Assembly: GCA_964016885.1 (NCBI GenBank)
Contig: OZ024740.1
Span: forward strand, 425,630,001-425,694,000
From: Eledone cirrhosa
Lineage: Eukaryota
Direction: 5' to 3'
DNA: 64,000 nucleotides
Position 1 is the stretch's first letter. Every line of letters starts with the position of its first letter. Under the pieces are notes generated by a model. The model was not told where the DNA came from and searched no databases. It saw only the letters and a list, made by a program, of their open reading frames with translations. Positions 15,001 through 28,485 of the stretch are shown here, in pieces. The translations under genes were made by a program, and so were the position numbers.

Positions 15001-18000
15001 GTGTCCTTCCCTCCACCATTCCCAATATATGTTGGTAAGGTACCTAGTATTCTGTCCTTCCCTCCACCTTTCCCAATATATGTTGGTAAGTTACCTAGTC
15101 TTGTGCCCTTCCCCCCACCATTCCCAATATATGTTGGTGAGGTACCTAGTCTTGTGTCCTTCCCTCCACCATTCACAATATATGTTGGTGAGGTACCTAG
15201 TCATGTGTCCTTCCCTCCACCATTCCCAATATATGTTGGTAAGGTACCTAGTCTTCTGTCCTTCGCTCCACCATTTCCAATATATGTTGGTAAGGTACCT
15301 AGTATTATGTCCTTCCCTCCACCATTCCCAATATATGTTGGTGAGGTACCAAGTCCTTCCCTCCACCATTCCCAATATATGTTGGTGAGGTACCTAGTCA
15401 TGTATCCTTCCCTCCACCATTCCCAATATATGTTGGTAAGGTACCTAGTCTTCTGTCCTTCGCTCCACCATTCCCAATATATGTTGGTAAGGTACCTAGT
15501 CTTGTGTACTTCCCTCCATCATTCCCAATATATGTTGATGAGGTACCTAGTCCTTACCTCCACCATTCCCAATATATGTTGGTGAGGTACCTAGTCATGT
15601 GTCCTTCCCTCAACCATTCCCAATATAAGTTAGTGTTGTACCTTGTCTTGTGTCCTTCCCTCCACCATTCCCAATATATGTTGGTATGGTACCTAGTCTT
15701 GTGTCCTTCCCTCCAACATTCCCAATATATGTTGGTATGGTATCTAGTCTTGTGTCCTTCCCTCCACCATTCCCAATATATGTTGGTGAGGCACCTAGTC
15801 TTGTGTCCTTCCCTCCACCATTCCCAACATGTGTTGGTAAGGTACCTAGTTTTGTGTCCTTCCCTCCACCATTCCCAATATATGTTGGTAAGGTACCTAG
15901 TCTTGTGTCCTTCCCTCCACCATTCCCAATATATGTTGGTGAGGTACCTAGTCTTGTGTCCTTCTCTCCACCATTCCCAATATATGTTGGTGAGGTACCT
16001 AGTCTTGTGTCCTTCCCTCCACCATTCCCAATATGTGTTGGTAAGGTACCTAGTCTTGTGTCTTTCTCTCCACCATTACCAATATATGTTGGTAAGGTAC
16101 CTAGTCTTGTGTCCTTCCCTCCACCATTCCCAATATATGTTGGTGAGGTACCTAGTCTTGTGTCCTTCCCCCCACCATTCCCAATATATGTTGTTGAGGT
16201 ACCTAGTCTTGTGTCCTTCCCTCCACCATTCCCAATATGTGTTGGTAAGGTACCTAGTCTTGTGTCCTTCCCCCTTCCATTCCCAATATATGTTGGTGAG
16301 GTACCTAGTCTTGTGTCCTTCTCTCCACCATTCCCAATATATGTTGGTGAGGTACCTAGTCTTGTGTCCTTCCCTCCACCATTCCCAATATGTGTTGGTA
16401 AGGTACCTAGTCTTGTGTCTTTCTCTCCACCATTACCAATATATGTTGGTAAGGTACCTAGTCTTGTGTCCTTCCCTCCACCATTCCCAATATATGTTGG
16501 TGAGGTACCTAGTCTTGTGTCCTTCCCCCCACCATTCCCAATATATGTTGTTGAGGTACCTAGTCTTGTGTCCTTCCCTCCACCATTCCCAATATGTGTT
16601 GGTAAGGTACCTAGTCTTGTGTCCTTCCCCCCTCCATTCCCAATATATGTTGGTGATGTACCTAGCCTTGAGTGCTTCCCTGCACCATTCCCAATATATG
16701 GTGGTGAGGTACCTAGTCTTGTGTCCTTCCCTCCACCATTCCCAATATATGGTGGTGATGTACCTAGTCTTGTGTCCTTCCCCCCACCATTCCCAATATA
16801 TGGTGGTGATGTACCTAGTCTTGTGTCCTTCCCTCCACCATTCACAATATATGTTGGTAAGGAACTTAGTCCTGTGTCCTTCCTCCACCATTCCCAATAT
16901 ATGTTGGTGAGGTACCTAGTATTGTGTCTTTCCCTTCACCATTCCCATTAGGTGTTTGTGAGGTACTTAGTCTTGTGTCCGTCCCTCCACCATTCCCAAT
17001 ATATGTTGGTAAGGTACCTAGTCTTGTGTCCTTCCCTCCACCATTCCCAATATATGTTGGTAAGGTACCTAGTATTCTGTCCTTCCCTCCACCATTCCCA
17101 ATATATGTTGGTAAGTTACCTAGTCTTGTGTCCTTCCACCCACCATTCCCAATATATGTTGGTAAGTTTCCTAGTCTTGTGTCCTTCCCTCCACCATTCA
17201 CAATATATGTTGGTGAGGTACCTAGTCATGTGTCCTTCCCTCCACCATTCCCAATATATGTTGGTAAGGTACCTAGTCTTCTGTCCTTCGCTCCACCATT
17301 CCCAATATATGTTGGTAAGGTACCTAGTCTTGTGTCCTTCCCTCCACCATTCCCAATATATGTTGGTGAGGTACCTAGTCCTTCCCTCCACCATTCCCAA
17401 TATATGTTGGTGAGGTACCTAGTCATGTGTCCTTCCCTCCACCATTCCCAATATATGTTGGTAAGGTACCTAGTCTTCTGTCCTTCGCTCCACCATTCCC
17501 AATATATGTTGGTAAGGTACCTAGTCTTGTGTACTTCCCTCCATCATTCCCAATATATGTTGATGAGGTACCTAGTCCTTCCCTCCACCATTCCCAATAT
17601 ATGTTGGTGAGGTACCTAGTCATGTGTCCTTCCCTCAACCATTCCCAATATAAGTTAGTGTTGTACCTTGTCTTGTGTCCTTCCCTCCACCATTCCCAAT
17701 ATATGTTGGTATGGTACCTAGTCTTGTGTCCTTCCCTCCAATATTCCCAATATATGTTGGTATGGTACCTAGTCTTGTGTCCTTCCCGCCAACATTCCCA
17801 ATCTATGTTGGTGAGGTACTTAGTCTTGTGTCCTTCCCCCCACCATTACCAATATATGTTGGTGAGGTATCTAGTCTTGTGTCCTTCCCTCCACCATTCC
17901 CAATATATGTTGGTGAGGCACCTAGTCTTGTGTCCTTCCCTCCACGATTCCCAATATGTGTTGGTAAGTTACCTAGTCTTGTGTCCTTCCCTCCACCATT

Positions 18001-20419
18001 CCCAATATATGTTGGTGAGGTACCTAGTCTTGTGTCCTTCCCTCCACCATTCCCAATATGTGTTGGTAAGGTACCTAGTCTTGTGTCCTTCTCTCCACCA
18101 TTACCAATATATGTTGGTGAGGTACCTAGTCTTGTGTCCTTCCCTCCACCATTCCCAATATATGTTGGTGAGGTACCTAGTCTTGTGTCCTTCTCTCCAC
18201 CATTCCCAATATATGTTGGTAAGGTACCTAGTCTTGTGTCCTTCTCTCCACCATTCCCAATATATGTTGGTAAGGTACCTAGTCTTGTGTCCTTCTCTCC
18301 ACCATTCCCAATATATGTTGGTAAGGTACCTAGTCTTGTGTCCTTCCCTCCACCATTCCCAATATATGTTGGTGAGGTACCTAGTCTTGTGTCCTTCCCC
18401 CCACCATTCCCAATATATGTTGGTGAGGTACCTAGTCTTGTGTCCTTCCCTCCACCATTCCCAATATGTGTTGGTAAGGGACCTAGTCTTGTGTTCTTCC
18501 CCCCACCATTCCCAATATATGTTGGTGAGGTACCTAGTCTTGTGTCCTTCCCTCCACCATTCCCAATATATGTTGATAAGGTACCTAGTCCTGTGTCCTT
18601 CCTCCACCATTCCCAATATATGTTGGTGAGGTACCTAGTCCTTCCCTCCACCATTCCCAATATATGTTGGTGAGGTACCTAGTCTTGTGTCCGTCCCTCA
18701 ACCATTCCCAATATATGTTGGTGAGGTACCTAGTCTTGTCCTTTCCTCCACCATTCCCAATATATGTTGGTAAGGTACCTAGTCTTGTGTCCTTCCCTCC
18801 ACCATTCCCAATATATGTTGGTAAGGTACCTAGTATTCTGTCCTTCCCTCCACCATTCCCAATATATGTTGGTAAGTTACCTAGTCTTGTGTCCTTCCCT
18901 CCACCATTCCCAATATATGTTGGTATGGTACCTAGTATTCTGTCCTTGCCTCCACCATTCCCAATATATGTTGGTGAGGTACCTAGTCTTGTGTCCTTCC
19001 CTCCACATTTCCCAATATATGTTGGTGAGGTACTTAGTCTTGTGTCCTTCCCTCCACCATCCCCAATATATGTTGGTGAGGTACATAGTCTTTCCCTCCA
19101 CCATTCCCAGTATATGTTGGTGAGGTACCTAGTCCTGTCCTTCCCTCCACCATTCCCAATATGTGTTGGTGAGGTACCTAGTCTTGTGTCCGTCCCTCCA
19201 CCATTCCCAATATATGTTGGTGAGGTACCTAGTCTGTGTCCTTCCCTCATTCATTCCCAATATATGTTGGTGAGGTACCTAGTCTGTGTCCTTCCCTCAT
19301 TCATTCCCAATATATGTTGGTGTGGTACCTAGTCTTGTGTCCTTCCCTCCACCATTCCCAATATATGTTGGTGAGGTACCTAGTCTTGTCCTTCCCTCCA
19401 CCATTCCCAATATATGTTGGTAAGGTACCTAGTCTTGTGTCCTTCCCTCCACCATTCCCAATATATGTTGGTAAGGTACCTAGTATTCTGTCCTTCCCTC
19501 CACCATTCCCAATATATGTTGGTAAGTTACCTAGTCTTGTGTCCTTCCCTCCACCATTCCCAATATATGTTGGTAAGGTACCTTGTATTCTGTCCTTGCC
19601 TCCACCATTCCCAATATATGTTGGTGAGGTACCTAGTCTTGTGTCCTTCCCTCCACATTTCCCAATATATGTTGGTGAGTTACTTAGTCTTGTGTCCTTC
19701 CCTCCACCATCCCCAATATATGTTGGTGAGGTACATAGTCTTTCCCTCCACCATTCCCAGTATATGTTGGTGAGGTACCTAGTCCTGTCCTTCCCTCCAC
19801 CATTCCCAATATGTGTTGGTCAGGTACCTAGTCTTGTGTCCGTCCCTCCACCATTCCCAATATATGTTGGTGAGGTACCTAGTCTGTGTCCTTCCCTCAT
19901 TCATTCCCAATATATGTTGGTGAGGTACCTAGTCTGTGTCCTTCCCTCACTCATTCCCAATATATGTTGGTGTGGTACCTAGTCTTGTGTCCTTCCCTCC
20001 ACCATTCCCAATATATGTTGGTAAGATACCTAGTCTTGTGTCCTTCCCTCCACCATTCCCAATACATGTTGGTGAGGTACCTAGTATTCTGTCCTTGCCT
20101 CCACCATTCCCAATATATGTTGGTAAGGAACTTAGTCCTGTGTCCTTCCTCCACCATTCCCAATATATGTTGGTAAGATACCTAGTATTGTGTCCTTACC
20201 TCCACCATTCCCAATATGTGTTGGTAAGTTACCTAGTCTTGTGTCCTTCCAAACACCATTCCCAATATATGTTGGTGAGGTACCTAGTCTTTTGTCCTTC
20301 CCTCCACCATTCCCAATATATGGTGGTGATGTACCTAGTCTTGTGTCCTTCCCTCCACCATTCTCAATATATGTTGGTAAGGTACCTAGTCTTGCGTCCA
20401 TCCTCCCACCATTCCTAAT
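1..20419. repeat. 51-bp tandem satellite array (about 400 units, begins before the window)
   Basis: Consensus CAATATATGTTGGTGAGGTACCTAGTCTTGTGTCCTTCCCTCCACCATTCC repeats head-to-tail, with recurrent 44-, 49-, 50- and 52-bp variants. It ends abruptly near 20419. Confidence 0.98.
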
Positions 20420-21112
20420 TTAAATATTAAAATATGATAAAAGAAAACAACAGCTGTGGGTGATGGAACGAAGACAATTTATATTATATCTTATGTCTCA
20501 GTTAAATCCCAATCTCAGTGTGATAGAAGCATAAGACAAATATATTGATAAGGTGCTGTACTTTGCTTGAAGCATTGTGATATATGAGATAGAAATACGA
20601 CTGAGGAATGTGTGTGGTTATTTGGAAGCCCGACAATGCGTATTTGACAAAAATAACAAGGTTATACGAAAGTAGGTAAAGGAATAAAAAGAACACTGTG
20701 AACTGAAATAAAAGATTGGGGACGATAAAAAGTTACCTTAGCAATTTTTAGGATTCTAAATATTTTCGAATTTTGCGTCCATTATCAAGAGGAGATCGTA
20801 GGGTGTTACCTCAAAGAGAAACCTGAGAAATATCGCGGGTTCGATATATTTTGAATGAATAAAATATTATTTTGTCACATACAGAAATTTCTATTAAACA
20901 ATAATTATAGGATTATATAAAACAACGAATAAGAAACATATTCGATAATCTTATTTCCGTTTTGCTATTTTTAATTGATATATAAATATTCAGGTTTTAC
21001 CAACCTACTGGCTGTTTGGTGAGACATTGAATATGTTTCTTAACGAATTCACTATAATAAAATTACTTAGCATTTGGTTTACTCTTCTCTATTTCTCTGA
21101 GACACGCACACG

Positions 21113-21164
<52 letters not shown>

Positions 21165-21166
21165 GT

Positions 21167-21220
<54 letters not shown>

Positions 21221-21229
21221 GTACATAAT

Positions 21230-21363
21230 CGTTTCTACTTTTGGCACAAGGCCAGCAAATACCCAGTACATTACTGGTACTTTATTTTATCGATCCCGTA
21301 AGGATGAAAGGCAAAGTTAACCTCGGCGGGATTTGAACTCAGATCGTAAAGGGACGTAACTCT
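21230..21363 (-). mobile_element. 5'-truncated tRNA-derived SINE (Meta-domain-like core)
   Basis: Matches the copies at 40473 and 61413. B box GAGTTCAAATCC on the minus strand, core GCCTTTCATCCTTACGGGATCGATAAAATAAAGTACCAG. TATATATATTATGTACATAAT is repeated on both flanks (TSD-like). Confidence 0.8.
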
Positions 21364-21379
21364 TATATATATTATGTAC

Positions 21380-21426
<47 letters not shown>

Positions 21427-21429
<3 letters not shown>

Positions 21430-21912
21430 GAGGTTATATTCAATTTGTTGGGATTCAACAAGCTTAAAAATGTTTATAACTGATAGAAAGCACTCAACAA
21501 GTTAGTGGAGTAAATACACAATATATTAATTGTTTCTACTTTTGGCACAAGGCCAGCAATTGCCCAGTGTATTACTGGTACTTTATTTTAAATAAATGGA
21601 AACTATATATATAAAACCATATTTATTATATTATACATATTTCAAGGCAAATTATGGTGCGCTTTCATCAGATAAAATACAGATTTGTTTTATAAATAAA
21701 TATTGACACCGCCGGAAAAAAAAAGCCTATCCAGGAAGCTCCAACCGTTAAGGCTTTTTTTTCATTCCGGGTATGTCAATATTTATTTATAAAACAAATC
21801 TGTATTTTATGTGATGAAATCGCTCCATAATTTGACTTGGTTGCCCTTGAAATATGTATAATAAAATAAATATGGTTTTATAAATATAGTTTCAATTTAT
21901 TAATATATTGTA

Positions 21913-21918
<6 letters not shown>
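21427..21918. mobile_element. Fold-back Penelope-like terminal element, family A, in (TA)n; interrupted by a SINE fragment at 21530-21590
   Basis: Inverted arms at about 21511-21727 and 21751-21918. An extra ~85-bp tail (21427-21510) is on the left arm only. The same sequence occurs at 34838-35012. Confidence 0.8.
21624..21679 (-). ncRNA. Type I hammerhead ribozyme motif (family A)
   Basis: Minus strand: TATTTTAT-CTGATGA-AAGCGCA..TGCCTT-GAAA-TATGTA-TA/ATATAATA. The mirror copy on + (21803-21868) has a mutated core, GTGATGA. Confidence 0.7.
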
Positions 21919-22008
<90 letters not shown>

Positions 22009-22168
22009 TAAACTTTATCTGTTATTTTAATAAATATATATATATATATATTATGTTCATAATATATATATATATATATGAGAAATAGATTGATCGGAGG
22101 TTGTCGATAGGATTTAAGTCAGTAGCATGAGCCGAAAGGTGAGAGCGAATTATATATCATATATATAT

Positions 22169-22421
22169 GTTGAGTATTTCTGTAGATAAGGTAAAGGAAA
22201 GAAGAGTGCTCTATGTATAGTACAGAGCTATCTAATTACATAATAAACAACACAATATAATTATTCCATTACCCAAGGTTTCACGAAGCTAGACAATTCT
22301 AACAGAAACGTTTGATATTGTTCATCAGAAAGGATTCGTTCTGATGAATGATATCAGACGTTTTTGTCTAGCTTCGTGAAACCTTGAGTAATGGAATAAT
22401 TATATTGTTTTGTTTATTACA

Positions 22422-22425
<4 letters not shown>
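22169..22425. mobile_element. Fold-back element, family 1, with hammerhead cores in both arms
   Basis: Arms about 22241-22330 and 22339-22418 flank an AGGATTCG spacer. CTGATGA at 22341, GAAACC at 22378; the 5' strand of stem I is truncated. Left tail ~70 bp, (TA)n flanks. Homologous to 29844 and 48316. Confidence 0.8.
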
Positions 22426-22492
<67 letters not shown>

Positions 22493-23296
22493 GTGTGTGT
22501 GTGTGTGTCAATGGTGGTACTCCAGCATGGCCTGCATGTCGGCTGGAACATGTAAAATAGTAAATATATGTGTGTGTATGTGTGTGTGCGTGGATTGTAT
22601 TTTCGTGTGAATATCGGAATGTATGCGTATATCAATATGTATGTATATCAGTGTGTGAGTGCGTGTGTATGCGTGTGACTGTGTGTGTATGTGTGAGAGC
22701 GTATATCAATATGTGAGTGTGTATATCAGTGTGTGAGTGCGTGTGTATATGTGTGACTGTGTATGTGTGTGAGTGTGTATGTATTTGATTGTAGGTATAA
22801 TGATTGTGTCTGATGTAATAATGACCAAACCGTATCTCTCCTGTGTTAGATAATTTGTAGCATAAGAAAGAGGAGGTAATTTGAACAGTTTAATTAAACT
22901 ACCATGTTGCCGCAGTAAATTATATTAGATTCAGCAAGCTAAGCTAAATTATACGTCTTCAGCTAAACATTACTTGCTGGCGATATTTTTCTCTGGCGGC
23001 TTACATGATACAGAGTAGAAATGTCCCATTCTTTGATCTTCTAACGACTTTCTTTTTCCATTAAATTAGATATGGGTGGGAGTTCACATATTTCATTTCT
23101 CTCTCCTCCTCATTCTCATTCTTTTCTTCATTTTCACCCACTCTCTCCGTTGTCCCATATGTGTGTTCGTATGTGAGCGTGTGAGTCTGTGAGTGTGTGT
23201 ATGTGTTTGTGTCTGTGTGTGTGTGCTTTTGAGTGTGTGTGTCACATTTATTTTTGCTTTCTGTTTTACTTTCTATTAGTTCCTTTTAGTATAAGC

Positions 23297-23343
<47 letters not shown>

Positions 23344-23344
<1 letters not shown>

Positions 23345-23506
23345 CGAAGGAAATGTGGTAAGGAACCAGGTGGACCATAACGCACCAAAGTACTCAATAC
23401 TTAGGGTAGTAGAGTGGGTAATAGGAACGAGTAGGACCCCGACGGCTGAGCTCAAGCCGTTTCGAAACGGCTTGAGCTCAGCCGTCGGGGTCCTCCTCGT
23501 TCCTAT
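23344..23506. mobile_element. Fold-back element, family 2 (hammerhead 3' half)
   Basis: Near-perfect 43-bp arms centred on TTTC|GAAA (23463/23464). GAAA-CGGCT..AGCCG-TC is stem III plus a GUC site. ~77-bp tail on the left arm, (TA)n on both sides. Second copy at 30535. Confidence 0.8.
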
Positions 23507-23517
23507 ATATATATATA

Positions 23518-24178
23518 AAGAGGTTAACGGGAGTAGCATAAGGTTTCCCTGCTAGTACCGGTTGCATCTCAGCGTTCTCAATAGGTAAGGTTATGTAAAA
23601 GTCCCAGAGTAGACACAAAGTTATTTGCCTCGATACAACACACGTAAATGGATACCATAAATTCATGCCCGTACTCGAGTTTCGAACACGTGTAAGGCAA
23701 TAAGGGAGCGTACACCATCCACTGTCTGCATTTATTATGCAATAATGCACAATCGGGGTATGTAGCTTCATCAGCGGGTCTCATCTAATCTATAACCAAT
23801 CAATCGACAGGATTCGATTCCAGTCAAGCGACACAGTAGTACAGTAGTAACTGAAATCGCTACACGTCATCAAAATACTGCCAACCGATTGGCTACAGAA
23901 ATACCGCCAACCGGTTGGCTACTGGCTCAGAAATTCACGTGACGCCTAGGAGTCGAGATTATATGCTTCGGCCCTTCCATAAGAACTCAACCAACATATC
24001 TCAAGTCAAACACAAATTAACAAGTGAGCGAATCGTATCGCTGTACAATAGTATGGTAGCATTAGGCTCTAGTCTCCAAGTACCATGGCAAATGTGGTGC
24101 GACAATAAACAAGGGTAGTATCTAAAACCTTCCCGGTCATTAAATGTCAACAGACAATTAGACAGCAAATAGAGAGTG
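23518..24178 (-). mobile_element. Non-coding ~660-bp insertion between TA tracts carrying a hammerhead motif at 23668-23778
   Basis: Minus strand: CCCG-CTGATGA-(84 nt)-GAAA-CTCGAG-TA/CGGG, with palindromic stem III ACTCGAGT. Confidence 0.6.
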
Positions 24179-24224
24179 ATATATATATATATACAGGCAT
24201 ATATACATACATATAGATGATTCC

Positions 24225-25601
24225 ATAGATGTTAAATTACCTTGTCTTTATATAGACAGAGTGTGTAAAAAACAAGGTGTTTACATCTGTTAACTGCATG
24301 TTATGTTGGCTACAATTCTAGAGATGTATTCTATTGTACTGTATAGTATTGGACCAACATATTAACGCCGCAGTAATATATTTAGACAAACAACGGTTGA
24401 CATATTGATTTCATAAACAAAGATAAGAGAGTTTCACTGGTTTCGATAGTAAAACTTCTCCAATACGTTACGATGACTTCTTCAGAATTGCCACGAGATT
24501 GCTAAAAACATCTTTTATATATGAAGTGATTTATTGTGAATGCTGTCATAATAGTTTTTACTATATTGTCCTACAGGTAGAGACTCCATTCGGTCACGAA
24601 TGACCATGGGTTTTGTACCTAGAAAGTTTTAGTTCTCCGAAGCGCAAAGTTTGGGCAAGATGTTTTTTGTGGAAGACCAGCAATCGAGTTACCTCTCCGC
24701 GCCACCGATGTTGTCCAAATGAAAGACAGTGTCTAGTGCAGCTTGGCATCAGTAACGTGGCAGCTCATTTCTACTGCTGTGTAAACTTGAGTAACGTGTA
24801 AGGAAATGGACACAATACACCACCCGGTCCGAGAATGGAACTTACAACTTAACGCCATGTGCCTTCATTATCCTACAACGTTAACCCCCTGTCAGAGGTG
24901 GCAATCGACACGTAGTAACAGTAATGGAAAGATAAATGGAAACATTGGCTCGTTTTTGTTTTGTTTTGTTTTTTATTTGTGACTTTAAACTTCTTATATT
25001 AATTATCTCTTTAACTTCTTTTTATTGTAGTTCTTCAAATAGACATACTAAGTCCTCTATTATATATTTCTAAAAGGTCGTCGGTAAGTGTTTCATCTAC
25101 TCTTTAACTTTTAATGTAAAGACATTGAAAGTTCAGTTACGGCAGTTAGTTACAGTGTTGTACTAATTACACAGATACTCCGTCGTGGGTTCCATTCCTA
25201 CATTATCTATTCCTTTTATTATCTAGATACATGAATTTAAGTTGTGAGTTTCTCTTCCTCTACGGTCGAATTTATCTTTTTTCATCCGAACATATAAAGG
25301 ACGTAAAATAACTTTATTTTGACATTAATTCGAAAGAGTTAAATCTCTAGTTATCTGCTTTTGCTTTTCTTCCCTCAAATATATTAAGAACTTCGCGAAA
25401 AGGAGGCGATAATCTTATATATGTCCCATATCAGTCCCTCACCAAGCTTTAAACATCACTATTACTCTTTCATCTCCCGCTCGTGTCATTCTTGTCTTAC
25501 GAAACAATTACCAACTTTCTTTTTATATGTAGCTATCGCGTGCTTTTCCGCTACACCACAGGACTGTATACATACGTTTTACCAATTTACCAATTAATAC
25601 A

Positions 25602-25666
<65 letters not shown>

Positions 25667-26185
25667 CACTCTCTATTCTCAGACTTAATGTTAAATGTTA
25701 CTAGTTCTTGTCTAGTATGGTACTATATACAACAAATACTTAGATACCTGATGATATTCGGAGATGAAACCGATCGAAACGTACTGGAGATGTAAATATA
25801 TAAACATATGTAGTTTTTAAGTTGTTGGACAATAGAGTCAGAAATATTATGACAGTATTCACAATAATGTATTTCAAACATACAACATGTTTTATTAATC
25901 TGGTGGCAAATCGGAGGAATTCATCGTAACGTATCTGAGAAGTTTTACTCTCGAAACCAGTCAAGCTTCGTTATTTTTCTTCGGGAAATCAATACGTTAA
26001 CCGTTGTTTGTCTAAATAAATTACTGCTGCGTGAATAGAATGTTGGTCCAATGCTATACAGTACTATAGAATACATCTCTAGATTGTTAGCCAACATACC
26101 ATGCAATTAAGAGAGGTAAGCACATTGTCTTTACACACAGTGTTTTCTGTCTGTATAAAGAGACAAGGTAATTACACATTTATCT
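24225..26185. mobile_element. Old element with ~350-bp diverged inverted arms (24225-24574 and 25820-26185) and decayed hammerhead-like motifs
   Basis: The arms align in reverse complement, for example TCTAGAGATGTATTCTA and TTTAGACAAACAACGGTT. CTGAAGA/CGGAGGA...GAAACCAGT lies at equivalent positions in both arms. A further CTGATGA..CCGATC-GAAACGTAC motif is at 25748. Confidence 0.65.
24575..24868 (-). mobile_element. Degenerate SINE inserted into the inverted-repeat element
   Basis: Flanked by TGTCCTACA/TATCCTACA (TSD-like). The sequence resembles, from memory, an abundant octopus tRNA-derived SINE. Confidence 0.55.
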
Positions 26186-26204
26186 TTTTTCTCCTTTTGT
26201 CCCC

Positions 26205-26790
26205 TATCCAAGATGCTTGCAAGACCTTTCACGATACAGCTCCCAGTACAGGCCCATGTTTTCCAGGTTTTCCTCCATAGGCACCGAATAGGTCTTGAAG
26301 GATCTGTTTTTTCTTACGCTCCCGTTTGTCATCCATTTGAGGAAGGACTTCACTAGTCTATTCTTGGACATGTATAGCAGATGACCGTCGGATGGTGATG
26401 GTTTCCTGTAGATTATTCAGTCAACTTCTTTCATAAACTATTAATTCGTGAGTTAATGACGTCAATAAATCATAATTATAAACCTATGGCAACTTCTGTG
26501 GAAGAAAGCTACAGTTATGAATATTCGTCTGATAGTTTCCATGTCTCATAAATATCAGTTACCATTGGTCCTACGAGTGACGTATACAAACGGAACTTTG
26601 TATCTTAGCAAATGGAGGAGTTGGGTCTTACATACTTGAGGCATTGAAAAAGAGGTTTGCTGAGCTTTTATTCTGCTTCAGTTTTTATGTAGCTATCTTT
26701 AACAAGAATACTTCTCAGCTACGGGAAGGTACCAACTGTCTCCAAATCAACATCGAAAATACCAAAATAATGCACAGCAGTAACTTATTA
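26205..26790 (-). pseudogene. Decayed RTE-type LINE reverse transcriptase C-terminal fragment
   Basis: Minus-strand translation gives DLETVGTFP*LRSIL, YETWKL and GHLLYMSKNRLVKSFLKWMTNGSVRKNRSFKTY..ENLENMGLYWE, resembling the RTE C-terminal motifs. Stops and frameshifts are present. Confidence 0.6.
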
Positions 26791-27677
26791 GATTGAGTGC
26801 TGGTAAAAACATATTTTGTTCTACTCAGTAGTGAAGTATAACGTTATTTGTCCCAAAGTTTCCTTTCCTTATTTTCTCAATTTCTGTCTTTCAGTTTTCT
26901 CTATTTCTTCTTTCAGTTTCTCCTTAAAATTAGGTTTGTATTATTTTTTGTTAGATGGACTCAAGACCTGACGTTTCAGGAGGCGGAAACTGACAATTAT
27001 TTTGACTAGTAAATGATTGACAATTATTTTATCAACCCATGAAGAATGAAAAACATCAATGATACCATAGAAAAGACTTCTTATGATTGCAATGTCCACT
27101 GCACCGTTGTCACTTTCGCTTAACTTCAGTTGCAAGTTAGTGTCTTTTGTGGCGTTCTTTCTCTCATATTATTGCAAAATCTTAATTCCACTCCTTTGCT
27201 TCTTCCACTTTCTTTCATTCTTTCTCTTTTTCTTTCAGGCTTTCTATCACTGTTAATCTGTCTCCCATTCTTTCAGGTAATCTTAGCTGTCGATCGGTAC
27301 GTTGTTTATATATATATATATATATATATAAGTTTATATATATATATATATATATATAGATATATATATAGAACTCTTCTATAAATCGATTTAGACACCC
27401 ATTGGTCGTATTAGTTAATCTTCCAGGGCTCATATTTGAGTCTTTCATTTACCTTACATCTCCGTTTAAAGTTACCAGCAATTAAAGAAGATACGAGTGT
27501 GTCACGTTGAATCTCCCTGAGAACTGCAAATGATGCTCGTATCTGTGGAATTATCAGTCATCTACAGGTATATTTCACGAATATGTAGTCCCGTTCATGG
27601 AATCAACTAGAACACTCATCGTCGGAAACGACGAAAGTCCAATACACACACATACGCACATATACAGATATCTGTAT

Positions 27678-27792
<115 letters not shown>

Positions 27793-27859
27793 TATATGTG
27801 CATAAATATTTGTGTGAGAATATGCATATATTATAGATATATTCTAGATATATAATACT

Positions 27860-27901
<42 letters not shown>

Positions 27902-28241
27902 CATACATATACACGTACACACGCATACATATACACACACACTCATGCGATAGCACTGAGAGGTTACAAGAGATTAATTGTCAAGCTAGAGAGAATAGAG
28001 AAACGAGCCACGTGTCATATGACTTCAAACGAATGAAAGTGATGGTTATAAACGGGTGTCATTTCAAATGATTTTCTGACGGATCTTTACCAAGCCAAGT
28101 GAAGAAATAAAAGAAAGCAATATGGCGAAAGGTGAATAAAACAACGTACGACATCCTAGCAGATTGCAAAAAAAAAAAAACTTCATATTTCTTTCCTATT
28201 TGTTTTTATTAACATTTTCAATGAATAACACTATGCAACTG

Positions 28242-28275
<34 letters not shown>

Positions 28276-28281
28276 CTGTTG

Positions 28282-28313
<32 letters not shown>

Positions 28314-28485
28314 GGTGGTGGTGGTGGTGGTGGTGGTGGTGGTGGTGGTGTAATCTATGATGATGATTTTATGGTTGTTATTTTTATCTTGTTGTTATTA
28401 AGTACCAGGTCAGCTCAGTTTGAGTAGATCTATGTTGTACCAGTTGTGACTACTCGGTTTGGTTTATAATTATTTGTACATTATA

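Noticed and set aside
1-20419. Long repetitive ORFs (SFPPPFPIYVGEVPSLV, LVRYLVLCPSLHHSQYM and others) as a repeat-protein gene
   Set aside because: The unit is 17 codons so several frames stay open, but frequent 44-, 49-, 50- and 52-bp units shift frame freely. No frame is preserved.
1-20419. CRISPR array or ribozyme-containing satellite
   Set aside because: There are no unique spacers, and the unit has no CNGANGA/GAAA core.
20785-20856. GAAA-TATCG..CGATA-TA stem III-like motif
   Set aside because: No catalytic core upstream; at best a heavily decayed motif.
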